Made by a program: the position numbers and the translations under genes. This document shows positions 16,441 to 26,269 of a stretch of DNA of 32,000 nucleotides, one piece after another. Each line of letters opens with the position of its first letter. Within the stretch, counting starts at the first letter, position 1. The DNA lies in assembly GCF_000020025.1 (NCBI RefSeq), contig NC_010628.1:3900001-3932000 (forward strand). Direction: 5' to 3'. Source of the DNA: Nostoc punctiforme PCC 73102. GTDB taxonomy: Bacteria; Cyanobacteriota; Cyanobacteriia; Cyanobacteriales; Nostocaceae. The notes below the pieces were generated by a model. The model ran no database searches. It worked only from the letters and a program-made list of their open reading frames with translations, and was not told where the DNA came from.

Positions 16441-19400
16441 AGATGAACACCCCAGAACGTACTGACCAGCTACGGCGGGCATTAGTCGCCCTAAAGGAAC
16501 TCCGCACCAAGCTTGATGCCATTGAACAGGATCGGCAAGAAGCGATCGCCATTGTCGGTATGGGATGCCGATTTCCCGGAGGAGTTAACAACCTCGAAAC
16601 CTATTGGCAATTATTGAGCCAAGGTATTGATGCTAGCCGGGAAATTCCCAGCGATCGCTGGTCGGTCGATAGCTTCTATACGCCTCATCCTGACACCCCT
16701 GGTAAAATGTACACCCGTCGGGGTAGCTTTATCGACCAAGTTGATGGCTTTGATGCCGATTTCTTTGGGATTGCGCCGCGAGAAGCAGTCAGTATAGACC
16801 CGCAACAGCGATTGTTGCTGGAAGTTGCCTGGGAAGCTTTAGAAAATGCCGGACAAAGCACAGAGAAATTAGAAGGTAGTGCCACTGGTGTATTTATTGG
16901 CATTTCCACCAACGACTACGCCCGCTTCCACATCAATAGCGGCGACCCCAATCGCATTGATGCTTACTCATTTATTGGTTGCACTCCCAGCGTAGTTTCT
17001 GGTCGTTTGTCTTACGTTTTTGGGTTACAGGGGCCAAGTCTCACCATAGATACAGCTTGTTCATCTTCCCTCACAGCCATTCACCTAGCTTGTGAAAGCT
17101 TACGCAAATGCGAGTGTAACTTGGCTTTGGCTGGTGGTGTCAACTTGATGCTGGCTCCAGAAACCACGATTTATTTTTGTCAGGTGAAAGCCTTAGCAGC
17201 AGACGGTCGCTGCAAAACCTTTGATGCTGCTGCCGATGGCTACGGACGAGGAGAAGGCTGTGGTGTCGTCGTACTCAAGCGTTTGCCGGATGCTTTAGCA
17301 GATGGCGATCGCATCTTTGGTTTGATTCGCGGTTCCGCCGTCAATCAAGACGGACGCAGCAACGGTATGACTGCCCCCAACGGCTCGGCTCAACAAGCAG
17401 TGATTCGCCAAGCATTAGCGGCGGCGGCAGTACAACCCCAGGAGATTGGTTATGTGGAAGCTCACGGTACGGGAACCGTCTTAGGCGACCCAATAGAGAT
17501 TCGCGCCTTAGCATCGGTACTTTGTGCTGACAGGAGTCAAGATAATGCATTAATTGTTGGTTCTGTCAAGACTAATATCGGACATTTAGAAGCTGCGGCT
17601 GGGATTGCTGGAATTATGAAAGTAGTTCTGGCTTTACAGCATCGACAAATTCCACCACATTTACATTTCAAACAAGCAAATCCGCATATCGATTGGCAGG
17701 AATTACCGTTAGTTATTCCTACTCAGCTTACTCCCTGGATTTCAGACCGACTGCTGGCTGGGGTTAGCTCCTTTGGGATGAGTGGGACTAATGCTCATGT
17801 GGTTTTGGAAGCAGCACCGGTTGAAGAGGACAAGGGGACAAGAGGACAAGGGGACAAGAGGAATGATGAAAGCGATCGCGTTTATCTTTTACCTTTGTCT
17901 GCTAGAAGCCCGGAGGCTCTCAAAGAAATAGCTAAAGCATACCGAGAATTGTTATCAGGTTCGCTAAAGCTTGAAGATATTTGTTATACAGCTAGTTTAC
18001 GGCGGGTTCATTACGAATATCGTTTGGGGTTAGTGGGAAATTCGGCGGAAGAATTAGCGAATCAACTTCAAGATTTCCTAGAAGATATTCCCAATTCTGA
18101 TGTTAATTGGGGATATCAAGGTTCTAGCCGTCGCCAGCAAATTGCCTTTGTGTTTTCTGGACAGGGTTCTCAATGGCTGGGTATGGGGCAAGAACTCTTG
18201 ACGCAGGAGCCTGTATTCCGGGAGGCTTTAGAAGAGTGCGATCGCATTATCCAATCTCATACGTATTGGTCGCTAATTGCCGAACTGTCCGCACCGCCAG
18301 AGAAATCCCGTCTGGATGAAACGGAAATCGCTCAACCTGCGATTTTATCTCTGCAAGTAGCACTAGTGGCGCTGTGGCGGGCTTGGGGTGTGGAACCAAG
18401 TGCAGTTGTAGGTCATAGCGTTGGGGAAATTACGGCTGCTTACGTGGCGGGTGTGTTGACTTTGGCAGATGCTTTGTGGATTGTGATACAACGTGCCAAA
18501 CTGATGCAGCAAGCAACAGGCCACGGCAAAATGGCAATGCTGCATTTACCAGAGAAAGCTGTGGCAGAACTGATTGCACCTTATGAAGACAAAATAGCGA
18601 TCGCAGCGATAAACAGTCCTTTTTCAACAGTCATCTCTGGTGCAATCGAGGCAATTGAAATTATCCTAGAAAAAGTCGAACAGCAAGGAGTATTCTGTCG
18701 CCGCTTACCAGTGAATTACGCTTTTCACTGCCCGCAGATGGACGGCTATAGTCGAGAATTAGAGAGAATTCTCGAAGATATTCAGCCAAAATCGCCATAT
18801 TTGCAGATTTTCTCCACCGTTAGCGGTCAACCAGAAGATTCGCCTCTGCCCCTTTGCGCCTCTGCCCCTCTGCCTCTTTTTGACGCTGCCTATTGGGGGC
18901 GGAATATGCGGCAATCTGTACGATTTGCCGAGGCAATGGATAGTCTGATCCAAGCTGGATACAACCTGTTTGTAGAGGTTGCCCCTCATTCTGTCCTCGC
19001 CAAAGATATGCTGGAGTGCCTCAGTCAGACTCAGCAGCAGGGAACAGTTTTACCAACCATGCGGCGAGGAGATTCCACAGTCAGCTTAAGGTCATTAGCC
19101 AAACTTTACACTTTAGGACATAAAGTTAACTGGGATAATTTCTATCCCAATGGTGGCAAATTTGTACAGTTACCGACTTATCCTTGGCAACGCAAACGCT
19201 ACTGGATTGAGCCAATACAGCCGAATGTTATTTCCACCACCGCTTCAGAATTATCAGATTGGCTGTACGAAATTCAATGGCAACCACAAGCATTATTAAT
19301 CAAACAGCAGACCATTGCTCCTACCCATTGGTTAATTTTTAGCGATCGCTCTGGCATCGGTGAAACCCTAGAACGCATACTACAAGCCCAAGGACACACC

Positions 19401-22400
19401 ACCACCGTACTTTACTGTACAGATGCATCTTGTACAGACGCGATTCATCGCGTCTCTAAAGTCTCCAACTTACAGATTGTCCATCTGTGGAGTTTGGATA
19501 ACACTGAACAGTTAGTTAATTGTGGTGGCGTACTAGACTTACTACAAGCCTTGGCACAAGTAGAATTACCAGCAGTCAAACTATGGCTAGTAACCCAAGG
19601 CGCACAGCCTGTAGGGGAAATTAGCAAAGAATTGGCGATTGCCGCTGCACCGCTTTGGGGTATAAGTCGAGTCATAGCAATGGAGTGTGCTGAAATCTGG
19701 GGAGGCATTATAGATATAGACCCAGCAAGCACTCTAGAGGAAGCGGCTAACTTACTAGCCGCCGAACTATCTCAATCAAAGAGCCAAGAAAATCAACTAG
19801 CTTTTCGCCAACAGCAACGTTATGTGGCTCGTCTAACGCGGACAGTTGCAATTGTATCAACCTCACCTTTGAGCCTCCGAACCGATAGCACGTACTTAAT
19901 TACAGGTGGATTGGGTGCTTTGGGATTACGGGTAGCCCATTGGTTGGTAGAAAGAGGCGCGCGTCATCTGTTATTACTCAGCCGTCGTCCTCCTGGAGAA
20001 CAAGCGCAAGCAGCTATTCAGGAGATGGAACAGGAGGGCGCACATATTCAGGTTGCCTTAGCAGATGTCACCAATCAAGCTGAACTTAGCACCATATTAC
20101 ACAACCTGAATTATCCCCTACGTGGCATTATCCATGCAGCAGGAGTATTAGACGATGGCATACTACTGCGACAAACTTGGGAACGGTTCGCCAAAGTCTT
20201 AGCTCCCAAAATCGATGGAGCTTGGAATTTGCATCTTCTCAGCCGCGACTGTGCCCTAGATTTCTTCGTCATGTTTTCGTCAGTGGCTTCTTTAATAGGC
20301 TCCCCAGGTCAAGGGAACTACGCCGCTGCCAATATGTATTTAGATATACTTGCTCATTATCGACGACATCAAGGCTTACCCGCTTTGAGTATCAATTGGG
20401 GACCTTGGTCAGATGTAGGTATGGCAGCTGATTTAAATCATCGCAACCTTTGGAGTACTGAGAACGGAGTTAGTTACATTACTCCAGAACAGGGATTGCG
20501 CGCCTTAGAAGAACTGCTCAAACAAGGGAAAACTCAAGCCGGAGTCGTACCGATCGCCTGGGATAAATTCTCTACAGCCGTGCAACTACCATTGTTGCAG
20601 CAACTTACTACCAAGGTAAGTCAATCACCATCTCAGCCCTTCTTACTACGGCAATTGGAATCTACACCAGTGAGCGATCGCCGGGAATTGCTGATGTCAG
20701 CCGTACAAGACCAAGTGGTAAGAGTGCTGAGGTTAGATAATAGCCGCCCCATCGACCCGGAACGCCCCTTGCAAGAAATGGGTATGGATTCCCTGATGGC
20801 GGTAGAATTGCGAAATACTCTCGGAAAGTTGGTAGATAAAACTTTACCCGCAGCTTTGATTTTTGACTATCCGAGCATCTCAAATTTGACAGAGTATTTA
20901 GGTAAAGAATTGGGGATATTTGCGACAACTGCATTACCGCCGACTGTGGAGAGTCGGGAACTATCACCTACAGAAGCGATTGCTGTTGTGGGGATGAGTT
21001 GTAGATTCCCTGGGGCAGATGATTTAGAGAGTTTCTGGCAACTCTTATGTAATGGTACAGATGCAATTCGAGAAGTACCGGGCGATCGCTGGGATGTAGA
21101 TGAATTTTACGATCCAGACTTGTCTTTTCCTGGGACGATGAATACTCGCTGGGGCGGCTTCATCAATAATATAGACCACTTTGACCCCCAATTTTTTGGT
21201 ATCTCTGCCAGCGAAGCCCGCAGCATGGATCCCCAGCAACGCCTACTCTTAGAAGTTTCCTGGGAAGCTTTGGAACACGCAGGCTATAGTTCCGAGCATC
21301 TGGCAGGTAGTCAAACAGGAGTATTCACAGGTATCAGCACTTGGGATTACTTCACACTACAACTAGACCCACCTCCACGGGGCGGTACAGGGATGGCTTT
21401 GAGTATTGCAGCTAACCGTCTTTCCTATCTCTTAGATTTGCGCGGGCCAAGCATGGCAGTTGATACGGCTTGTTCTTCTTCCTTGGTAGCGGTTGATTTA
21501 GCCTGTCAAAGCTTGCGGAACGGTAAATGCGATCTGGCATTAGCAGGGGGTGTAAATATCATCCTCTCACCATTAACTACCGTTGCCTGCTCCCAAGCGG
21601 GGATGATGGCTGCTGATGGACACTGCAAAACATTTGACCAGCGAGCTGATGGTTATGTCCGGGGAGAAGGCTGTGGCGTAGTCGTACTCAAACGTTTATC
21701 CGATGCTCTCAGAGATGACGACCATATTCTGGCTCTGGTGCGTGGTTCTGCTGTCAATCAAGATGGACGCAGCAATGGTTTAACTGCCCCTAATGGTTTA
21801 GCCCAACAAGCTGTAATTCGCCAAGCCTTACAAAATGCTGCCGTCACTCCCGACGGCATCAGTTACGTTGAAGCCCACGGTACAGGCACAGCTTTGGGTG
21901 ATGCCATTGAAGTAGAATCCCTGTGGACAGTACTCAAGGAAGGTCGCACTGACAATCAGCCTTGCCGGATCAGTTCTGTGAAAACTAATATTGGTCACTT
22001 AGAAGCAGCTGCAGGGATAGCTGGTTTCATTAAACTAGTGCTGTTGTTGCATCGAGAACAGATTCCTCCTCACCTCAACTTGCAAACTATCAATCCCGTG
22101 TTGAATTTGGAGCAAACCCAGCTACAAATTCCCACCTCCTTGCAACTGTGGAAACGAGGTGAGCAGCCGCGATTAGCGGGGATTAGTTCTTTTGGCTTTG
22201 GTGGGACTAACGTTCATGCAATTGTGGAAGAAGCACCCTTGGAGAAAGCAGGGGGAGCAGAGGAGCAGAGGAGCAGGGGAGAAGAAATTATAATTGAGCG
22301 TCCTTTGCATCTACTTACGCTGTCAGCAAAAAGTGAATCAGCTTTGCAAAACTTGATTGGGCGTTACCACCACTATTTACAGGAAAATACAGGCGATCGC

Positions 22401-23384
22401 TTGGCTGATATCTGCTATACCGCTAATATGGGACGTAGCCATTTTGCTCATCGTCTAGCATTTGTGGTCAATTCTCAGGCGCAGTTACGAGATACCCTTG
22501 CCGCTTTCAATGTAAGAGAAAAAAGTCCTGATGTACTGTACGGCAAGCTTGATACTCAACGCCAGCCAAAAGTTGCTTTTATTTTTGCTGGTGAAGGTTC
22601 GCAGTATGTTGGTATGGGTAAGCAGCTTTACAAAACCCAGCCGCAGTTTCGCTCAATTTTAGAAGATTGCGATCGCCTCCTACAACATCATCTTCAACAA
22701 TCCCTACTTGCAATCCTCGAAGATGAATCACTGTTAACACAACCCCGTTACGCTAGTCCTGCTGTATTCGCCTTGGGATACGCCTTAGCCCAACTTTGGC
22801 GCAGTTGGGGCGTACAACCTAGTGTAGTCATGGGTGGCGGAGTTGGTGAGTATATCGCCGCTTGTGTGGCTGGCGTGTTCAGTTTGGAAGATGGTTTGCG
22901 GTTAATTACTCAGCAGGAATCATGGGCAGAATTCGAGCCAATTGCCAAGCAGGTGAAATTTCAAGTGCCCCAAATTCCGATGGTGTCAACCTTCTATGGG
23001 CAACTGTTAGCTGCTGACTATATCCCAGATATTGACTACTGGAGACGATGCTGGCAAGCACCAGCGTTATTTAAAGGAGCAATGTTAGCCCTTACACAAA
23101 AAGGGTGCAATTTATTCTTAGAGATTGGCTCTGATCCCCAATTATCCGAGATCCAACAGCAAGGTACTTGGTTACAATCAATTGACGATTGGACAGTATT
23201 ATTACATAGCATGATTGCATTTTATATCAATGGTGTAGCAATTGATTGGCAAAAGTTTGAACAAGGATATCAGCGTTGTCGTGTGGTCTTGCCGACTTAT
23301 CCCTTTGAACGAAAGCGGTACTGGCTCGATCCGGCAGTTATCAGATCCTTTAGCAAAAAGGAGGAAAATTTATGCAACGAGTAG
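16437..23384 (+). CDS. bimodular type I polyketide synthase: KS-AT-KR-ACP-KS-AT* (terminal AT dead, no terminal ACP)
   Basis: ATGA overlap with the PKS2 stop. Module 3: KS Cys 'DTACSSSL' (17058-17060); AT 'GHSVGE' (Ser 18417-18419), 'YAFH'; KR 'TGGLGALG' (about 19902-19925) with an 'LDD' motif and 'NYAAAN'; ACP 'GMDSL' (Ser 20790-20792). Module 4: KS 'VDTACSSSL' (Cys 21471-21473), 'AHGTGT', 'NIGH'; then an AT remnant and 'YPFERKRYW'. The protein ends 18 aa later. Confidence 0.95.
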   Translation: MKMNTPERTDQLRRALVALKELRTKLDAIEQDRQEAIAIVGMGCRFPGGVNNLETYWQLLSQGIDASREIPSDRWSVDSFYTPHPDTPGKMYTRRGSFIDQVDGFDADFFGIAPREAVSIDPQQRLLLEVAWEALENAGQSTEKLEGSATGVFIGISTNDYARFHINSGDPNRIDAYSFIGCTPSVVSGRLSYVFGLQGPSLTIDTACSSSLTAIHLACESLRKCECNLALAGGVNLMLAPETTIYFCQVKALAADGRCKTFDAAADGYGRGEGCGVVVLKRLPDALADGDRIFGLIRGSAVNQDGRSNGMTAPNGSAQQAVIRQALAAAAVQPQEIGYVEAHGTGTVLGDPIEIRALASVLCADRSQDNALIVGSVKTNIGHLEAAAGIAGIMKVVLALQHRQIPPHLHFKQANPHIDWQELPLVIPTQLTPWISDRLLAGVSSFGMSGTNAHVVLEAAPVEEDKGTRGQGDKRNDESDRVYLLPLSARSPEALKEIAKAYRELLSGSLKLEDICYTASLRRVHYEYRLGLVGNSAEELANQLQDFLEDIPNSDVNWGYQGSSRRQQIAFVFSGQGSQWLGMGQELLTQEPVFREALEECDRIIQSHTYWSLIAELSAPPEKSRLDETEIAQPAILSLQVALVALWRAWGVEPSAVVGHSVGEITAAYVAGVLTLADALWIVIQRAKLMQQATGHGKMAMLHLPEKAVAELIAPYEDKIAIAAINSPFSTVISGAIEAIEIILEKVEQQGVFCRRLPVNYAFHCPQMDGYSRELERILEDIQPKSPYLQIFSTVSGQPEDSPLPLCASAPLPLFDAAYWGRNMRQSVRFAEAMDSLIQAGYNLFVEVAPHSVLAKDMLECLSQTQQQGTVLPTMRRGDSTVSLRSLAKLYTLGHKVNWDNFYPNGGKFVQLPTYPWQRKRYWIEPIQPNVISTTASELSDWLYEIQWQPQALLIKQQTIAPTHWLIFSDRSGIGETLERILQAQGHTTTVLYCTDASCTDAIHRVSKVSNLQIVHLWSLDNTEQLVNCGGVLDLLQALAQVELPAVKLWLVTQGAQPVGEISKELAIAAAPLWGISRVIAMECAEIWGGIIDIDPASTLEEAANLLAAELSQSKSQENQLAFRQQQRYVARLTRTVAIVSTSPLSLRTDSTYLITGGLGALGLRVAHWLVERGARHLLLLSRRPPGEQAQAAIQEMEQEGAHIQVALADVTNQAELSTILHNLNYPLRGIIHAAGVLDDGILLRQTWERFAKVLAPKIDGAWNLHLLSRDCALDFFVMFSSVASLIGSPGQGNYAAANMYLDILAHYRRHQGLPALSINWGPWSDVGMAADLNHRNLWSTENGVSYITPEQGLRALEELLKQGKTQAGVVPIAWDKFSTAVQLPLLQQLTTKVSQSPSQPFLLRQLESTPVSDRRELLMSAVQDQVVRVLRLDNSRPIDPERPLQEMGMDSLMAVELRNTLGKLVDKTLPAALIFDYPSISNLTEYLGKELGIFATTALPPTVESRELSPTEAIAVVGMSCRFPGADDLESFWQLLCNGTDAIREVPGDRWDVDEFYDPDLSFPGTMNTRWGGFINNIDHFDPQFFGISASEARSMDPQQRLLLEVSWEALEHAGYSSEHLAGSQTGVFTGISTWDYFTLQLDPPPRGGTGMALSIAANRLSYLLDLRGPSMAVDTACSSSLVAVDLACQSLRNGKCDLALAGGVNIILSPLTTVACSQAGMMAADGHCKTFDQRADGYVRGEGCGVVVLKRLSDALRDDDHILALVRGSAVNQDGRSNGLTAPNGLAQQAVIRQALQNAAVTPDGISYVEAHGTGTALGDAIEVESLWTVLKEGRTDNQPCRISSVKTNIGHLEAAAGIAGFIKLVLLLHREQIPPHLNLQTINPVLNLEQTQLQIPTSLQLWKRGEQPRLAGISSFGFGGTNVHAIVEEAPLEKAGGAEEQRSRGEEIIIERPLHLLTLSAKSESALQNLIGRYHHYLQENTGDRLADICYTANMGRSHFAHRLAFVVNSQAQLRDTLAAFNVREKSPDVLYGKLDTQRQPKVAFIFAGEGSQYVGMGKQLYKTQPQFRSILEDCDRLLQHHLQQSLLAILEDESLLTQPRYASPAVFALGYALAQLWRSWGVQPSVVMGGGVGEYIAACVAGVFSLEDGLRLITQQESWAEFEPIAKQVKFQVPQIPMVSTFYGQLLAADYIPDIDYWRRCWQAPALFKGAMLALTQKGCNLFLEIGSDPQLSEIQQQGTWLQSIDDWTVLLHSMIAFYINGVAIDWQKFEQGYQRCRVVLPTYPFERKRYWLDPAVIRSFSKKEENLCNE
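17826..17865 (+). repeat. in-frame 8-nt tandem array (GAGGACAA/GGGGACAA x 5) at the KS3/linker boundary
   Basis: Read directly: gaggacaa ggggacaa gaggacaa ggggacaa gaggaatg. Encodes 'EDKGTRGQGDKRN'. Confidence 0.85.
18841..18880 (-). repeat. 8-nt tandem array in reverse orientation (CCCCTCTG-type x ~5) inside the AT3 domain
   Basis: Read directly: cgcctctg cccctttg cgcctctg cccctctg cctctttt. CCCCTCTG is the reverse complement of CAGAGGGG, a cyclic permutation of the GGGGCAGA unit at 15879-15886. Encodes 'SPLPLCASAPLPLF'. This makes the loop between 'TVSG' and 'YW' about 9-10 aa longer than in AT1 and AT2. Confidence 0.8.
22252..22283 (+). repeat. in-frame 8-nt tandem array (GGGGAGCA/GAGGAGCA x 4) at the KS4/linker boundary
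   Basis: Read directly: ggggagca gaggagca gaggagca ggggagaa. Encodes 'GGAEEQRSRGEE'. Followed by 'IIIERPLHLLTLSAK'. Confidence 0.85.
22570..23330 (+). other. degenerate acyltransferase remnant (AT0) plus post-AT linker at the C-terminus of PKS3
   Basis: 'GQGSQ' becomes 'GEGSQ'. Active-site 'GHSVGE' becomes 'GGGVGE' (22833-22850; nucleophilic Ser and preceding His both Gly). By-eye alignment to AT2 shows roughly 90 aa missing between 'LRLITQ' and 'FEPIAKQVKF', including the small subdomain and the HAFH motif. Confidence 0.8.
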
Positions 23385-24598
23385 GAATTGAGAAAATTAA
23401 TTTATACGCTGGTCGTTTCTGTGCTGATGCCCTGGAATTAGCTAATTTACAAGGTAAAGATTTGGATTACGTGTCTAAACAAGTAAAAGTAAAGACACGT
23501 TCTGTAATTCCTGCCTACGAAGATACAGTTACCTTATCGGTGAATGCAGCCAAGCGCCTCCTTTCCCCAGAAGATGCGCGGGATATCGAATTGTTGATTG
23601 TGGCAACGGAATCGGCTGTGGATTTTGGCAAACCTGTATCTACTTGGGTACATCGGTATTGTAATTTACCTCCCCATTGCCGTAGCTTTGAACTCAAACA
23701 CGCCTGCTACGGGTTGACAGCAGCCGTCAAAACAGCAGCAATGTGGCTGCAAGGAGGACTTACCCCTGGTAAAAAGGCATTAGTTATCGGCTGTGACTAT
23801 AGCCGTCCTCACCTTGATGACCGTGATAATTTTATTGGCGGTGGTGCAGCTATTGCTATGCTGATTAGTACCGATCCCAAGGTATTTGAAATTGACTTGC
23901 ATCCCGCAGGCTTTTGGACTAATGAAATTTCTGATACCTTCCGTCCGACTGCGAGAGTTGAAATTGGCGACAATCAAACCAGTCTTTACTCTTACTTAGA
24001 TGCTTTGGAAGCCTCTTACACCCACTACGAAAAACTTGTGGGGGGAGTAGATTATGACAAGGATTTCCAAAAACATATTTATCACACACCCTTTCCGGGA
24101 ATGCCCTTACAAGCGCATCGGACTTTGCTGAGTTTATTAGAAGTTAACGACTCGAAAATCTATGAGGAGAATTATCAAAAAAAGGTACAAGAAGGCATTT
24201 ACTTCGCCCAGCAGGTAGGTAGTACTTATGGCTCATCTACATTCTTATGTTTGCTAAGTTTGTTACACTATGCCCAGGATTTACACGCAGGTGATCGCAT
24301 TTCGATTTTTGCCTATGGTTCTGGTTGTCAAGGTGAATTTTATCGCGGCACTGTCAGTCCGGGTGCAATTGAATACATCCGTTCTTTGGATATTGACCGT
24401 CATTTGCAAGAACGTTTGCCATTATCTCTGATGGAATACGAACTTTTGGAATACGCACGAGAAAAATATATTGATGCGCCTGATTATCAACCCAAAAGAG
24501 ACAGTTTCCAAAACGCTTATGACAAACTCTATGCCGGACAGGAACTGTTGGTATTAAAACAGGTAAAAAATTACTACAGGCAATACGAATGGAGCTAA
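23372..24598 (+). CDS. HMG-CoA synthase-like beta-branching enzyme (HCS; PksG/CurD family)
   Basis: 408 aa. Catalytic Glu in 'VATESAVDFGK', Cys in 'LKHACYG' (codon 23705-23707), His in 'IYHTPFPGM'. Start ATG 23372 follows GGAGGAAAA and overlaps the PKS3 stop by 13 nt. Confidence 0.93.
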   Translation: MQRVGIEKINLYAGRFCADALELANLQGKDLDYVSKQVKVKTRSVIPAYEDTVTLSVNAAKRLLSPEDARDIELLIVATESAVDFGKPVSTWVHRYCNLPPHCRSFELKHACYGLTAAVKTAAMWLQGGLTPGKKALVIGCDYSRPHLDDRDNFIGGGAAIAMLISTDPKVFEIDLHPAGFWTNEISDTFRPTARVEIGDNQTSLYSYLDALEASYTHYEKLVGGVDYDKDFQKHIYHTPFPGMPLQAHRTLLSLLEVNDSKIYEENYQKKVQEGIYFAQQVGSTYGSSTFLCLLSLLHYAQDLHAGDRISIFAYGSGCQGEFYRGTVSPGAIEYIRSLDIDRHLQERLPLSLMEYELLEYAREKYIDAPDYQPKRDSFQNAYDKLYAGQELLVLKQVKNYYRQYEWS

Positions 24599-25398
24599 AG
24601 TTAAAAGCAATTGAGTATCAAATAGATTCAGGAGTCGCTCACATCACATTATCAGCACCAGAAACTGGTAATGCTTTGAACGGCGAGATGTTGGGACAGT
24701 TTTATCAAGCTTTGCAAAATGCGATCGCTAACCCAACTTGTCGAGTTATTGTAATTTCTAGTATAGGCGCTGACTTTTGTACAGGGATGGACTTTAACGC
24801 CATCTTTGCCAATGGTTCCCGTCCTGATTTAGCGCCACTGCATGCCTTTCGTGATTGTCTGTTACTAATTTATAGTTCTCCTAGACCAGTCATAACCTGT
24901 GTGACAGGTAATGTTACAGGTGGTGGCGTGGGTATAGTCGCTGCATCCGACATCGTACTCGCCGAGGAAAATGTTCTATTCATGCTGTCAGAAGTGCTGG
25001 TGGGGATGATTCCTGCTGTAATTACGCCCTTTTTATTGTGTCGTCTTTCCTCCTCCCAGGTGAAATATCTCACTCTTAGTTCTAGAGGTATTGATGGAAA
25101 CGAAGCCAAAAATTGGGGACTGGTGGACGAAATTGCTAGTGATGGGATGAACGATACACTCAACCGCCAGATTCAACGTTTATTCTATTCTTCACCGGAA
25201 GCGATCGCCGAAAGCAAACAATATTTTGACACATTTATCGGTCAAGATTTGCGACACCAAACCGAATTCGCCATGCAACGCCTACAGAAATGGTTAGAAC
25301 AACCCCAAATTACCACAGCCATCCATCAGTTTAGTGAAGGCTATTCACCACCCTGGTTTCAAAAATATAGGAGGAATAGCACTAATTATCCAAAATAA
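24589..25398 (+). CDS. enoyl-CoA hydratase/crotonase-fold protein, ECH1 (dehydratase of the beta-branching cassette)
   Basis: Crotonase-fold N-terminus ('GVAHITLSAPETGNALNGEM...GADFCTGMD') and 'VTGNVTGGGVGIVAASDIVLA'. It sits immediately after the HCS (10-nt overlap) and before the PksI-like ECH2. The ECH1 assignment rests on cassette order and on not matching the ECH2 pattern. Confidence 0.82.
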   Translation: MELKLKAIEYQIDSGVAHITLSAPETGNALNGEMLGQFYQALQNAIANPTCRVIVISSIGADFCTGMDFNAIFANGSRPDLAPLHAFRDCLLLIYSSPRPVITCVTGNVTGGGVGIVAASDIVLAEENVLFMLSEVLVGMIPAVITPFLLCRLSSSQVKYLTLSSRGIDGNEAKNWGLVDEIASDGMNDTLNRQIQRLFYSSPEAIAESKQYFDTFIGQDLRHQTEFAMQRLQKWLEQPQITTAIHQFSEGYSPPWFQKYRRNSTNYPK

Positions 25399-25463
25399 GC
25401 CTACAAATATAAAACTAGATTCTGACTCTCTTAATTACGAACTCCGAATTACAAATTAGTATT

Positions 25464-26210
25464 ATGTCCGAAATTGTAACTCTTTCATGTTTAGAAGATG
25501 GGATTTATCAAATCAATTTAAATGATCTACAAAACGATAATCAACTCACAGATGAGTTAGTTGATATTTTTTTAAAAAAAATAGCAGAATGCGCTAAAAA
25601 TCCTCATTTAAAGGTATTGTTAATAACAGGTCTTCCTAAGATTTTTTGTGGTGGTGCTAGCTTAGATGTACTGCAAAAATTGCTGCGTGGTGACACAGAA
25701 GTTAAAGACCTCTTACTACCAACAGAACTATTACGGTTTCCCGTTCCCGTAATCGCAGCAATGGAAGGACATGCCGTAGGAGGCGGATTATTAATTGCCT
25801 TATGTTGCGATGTAATTATAGCCGCACAAGAAAGTCGTTATGGCGTGAATTTTGCTGGATTAGGATTTACCCCTGGCATGGGAACAACATCTTTACTTCC
25901 ATCATTAGTCGGTCCATTATTCGCCCATGAAATGATCCTCACTGCCAAACTTTACAAAGGTAGAGAACTACAGGGAAGAGGACTATTTAATGATGTCGTC
26001 CCCAAACAACAAGTCATAGAAGTAGCGATGGATATCGCCCGCAACATTGCCGAAAAACCCAAGCACGTATTGGAAATGGTCAAGGATACTTTGGCACTTC
26101 CCCGCCAACGTGCTTTACAAGAGGCTATGTCTCGCGAACATCTAATGCATACTGTATGTTTTAATCATCCAGATACTCAATCTATTGTCAAAGATATGTA
26201 TATTTCCTAA
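25464..26210 (+). CDS. crotonase-fold decarboxylase, ECH2 (PksI / CurF-N-terminal type)
   Basis: 'FCGGAS', 'VPVIAAMEGHAVGGG', 'GFTPGMGTT', 'AEKPKHVLEMVKDTL', 'EHLMHTVCF'. These closely follow the pattern I recall for B. subtilis PksI. Confidence 0.85.
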   Translation: MSEIVTLSCLEDGIYQINLNDLQNDNQLTDELVDIFLKKIAECAKNPHLKVLLITGLPKIFCGGASLDVLQKLLRGDTEVKDLLLPTELLRFPVPVIAAMEGHAVGGGLLIALCCDVIIAAQESRYGVNFAGLGFTPGMGTTSLLPSLVGPLFAHEMILTAKLYKGRELQGRGLFNDVVPKQQVIEVAMDIARNIAEKPKHVLEMVKDTLALPRQRALQEAMSREHLMHTVCFNHPDTQSIVKDMYIS

Positions 26211-26269
26211 TAATAACAGTAGATTTTATCAGCGTTTAATTATTCTTTTTGGAGATTAGGAGAAAAATC

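Noticed and set aside
25399-25463. Short direct repeat GAATTAC/AATTAC in the ECH1-ECH2 spacer, considered as a regulatory element.
   Set aside because: It is 6-7 nt in AT-rich DNA, which is expected by chance.
26249-26269. Track start (TTG) of ACP-B.
   Set aside because: ATG 26270 lies 6 nt downstream of an AGGAG, and the extra 7 residues are not needed for an ACP fold.
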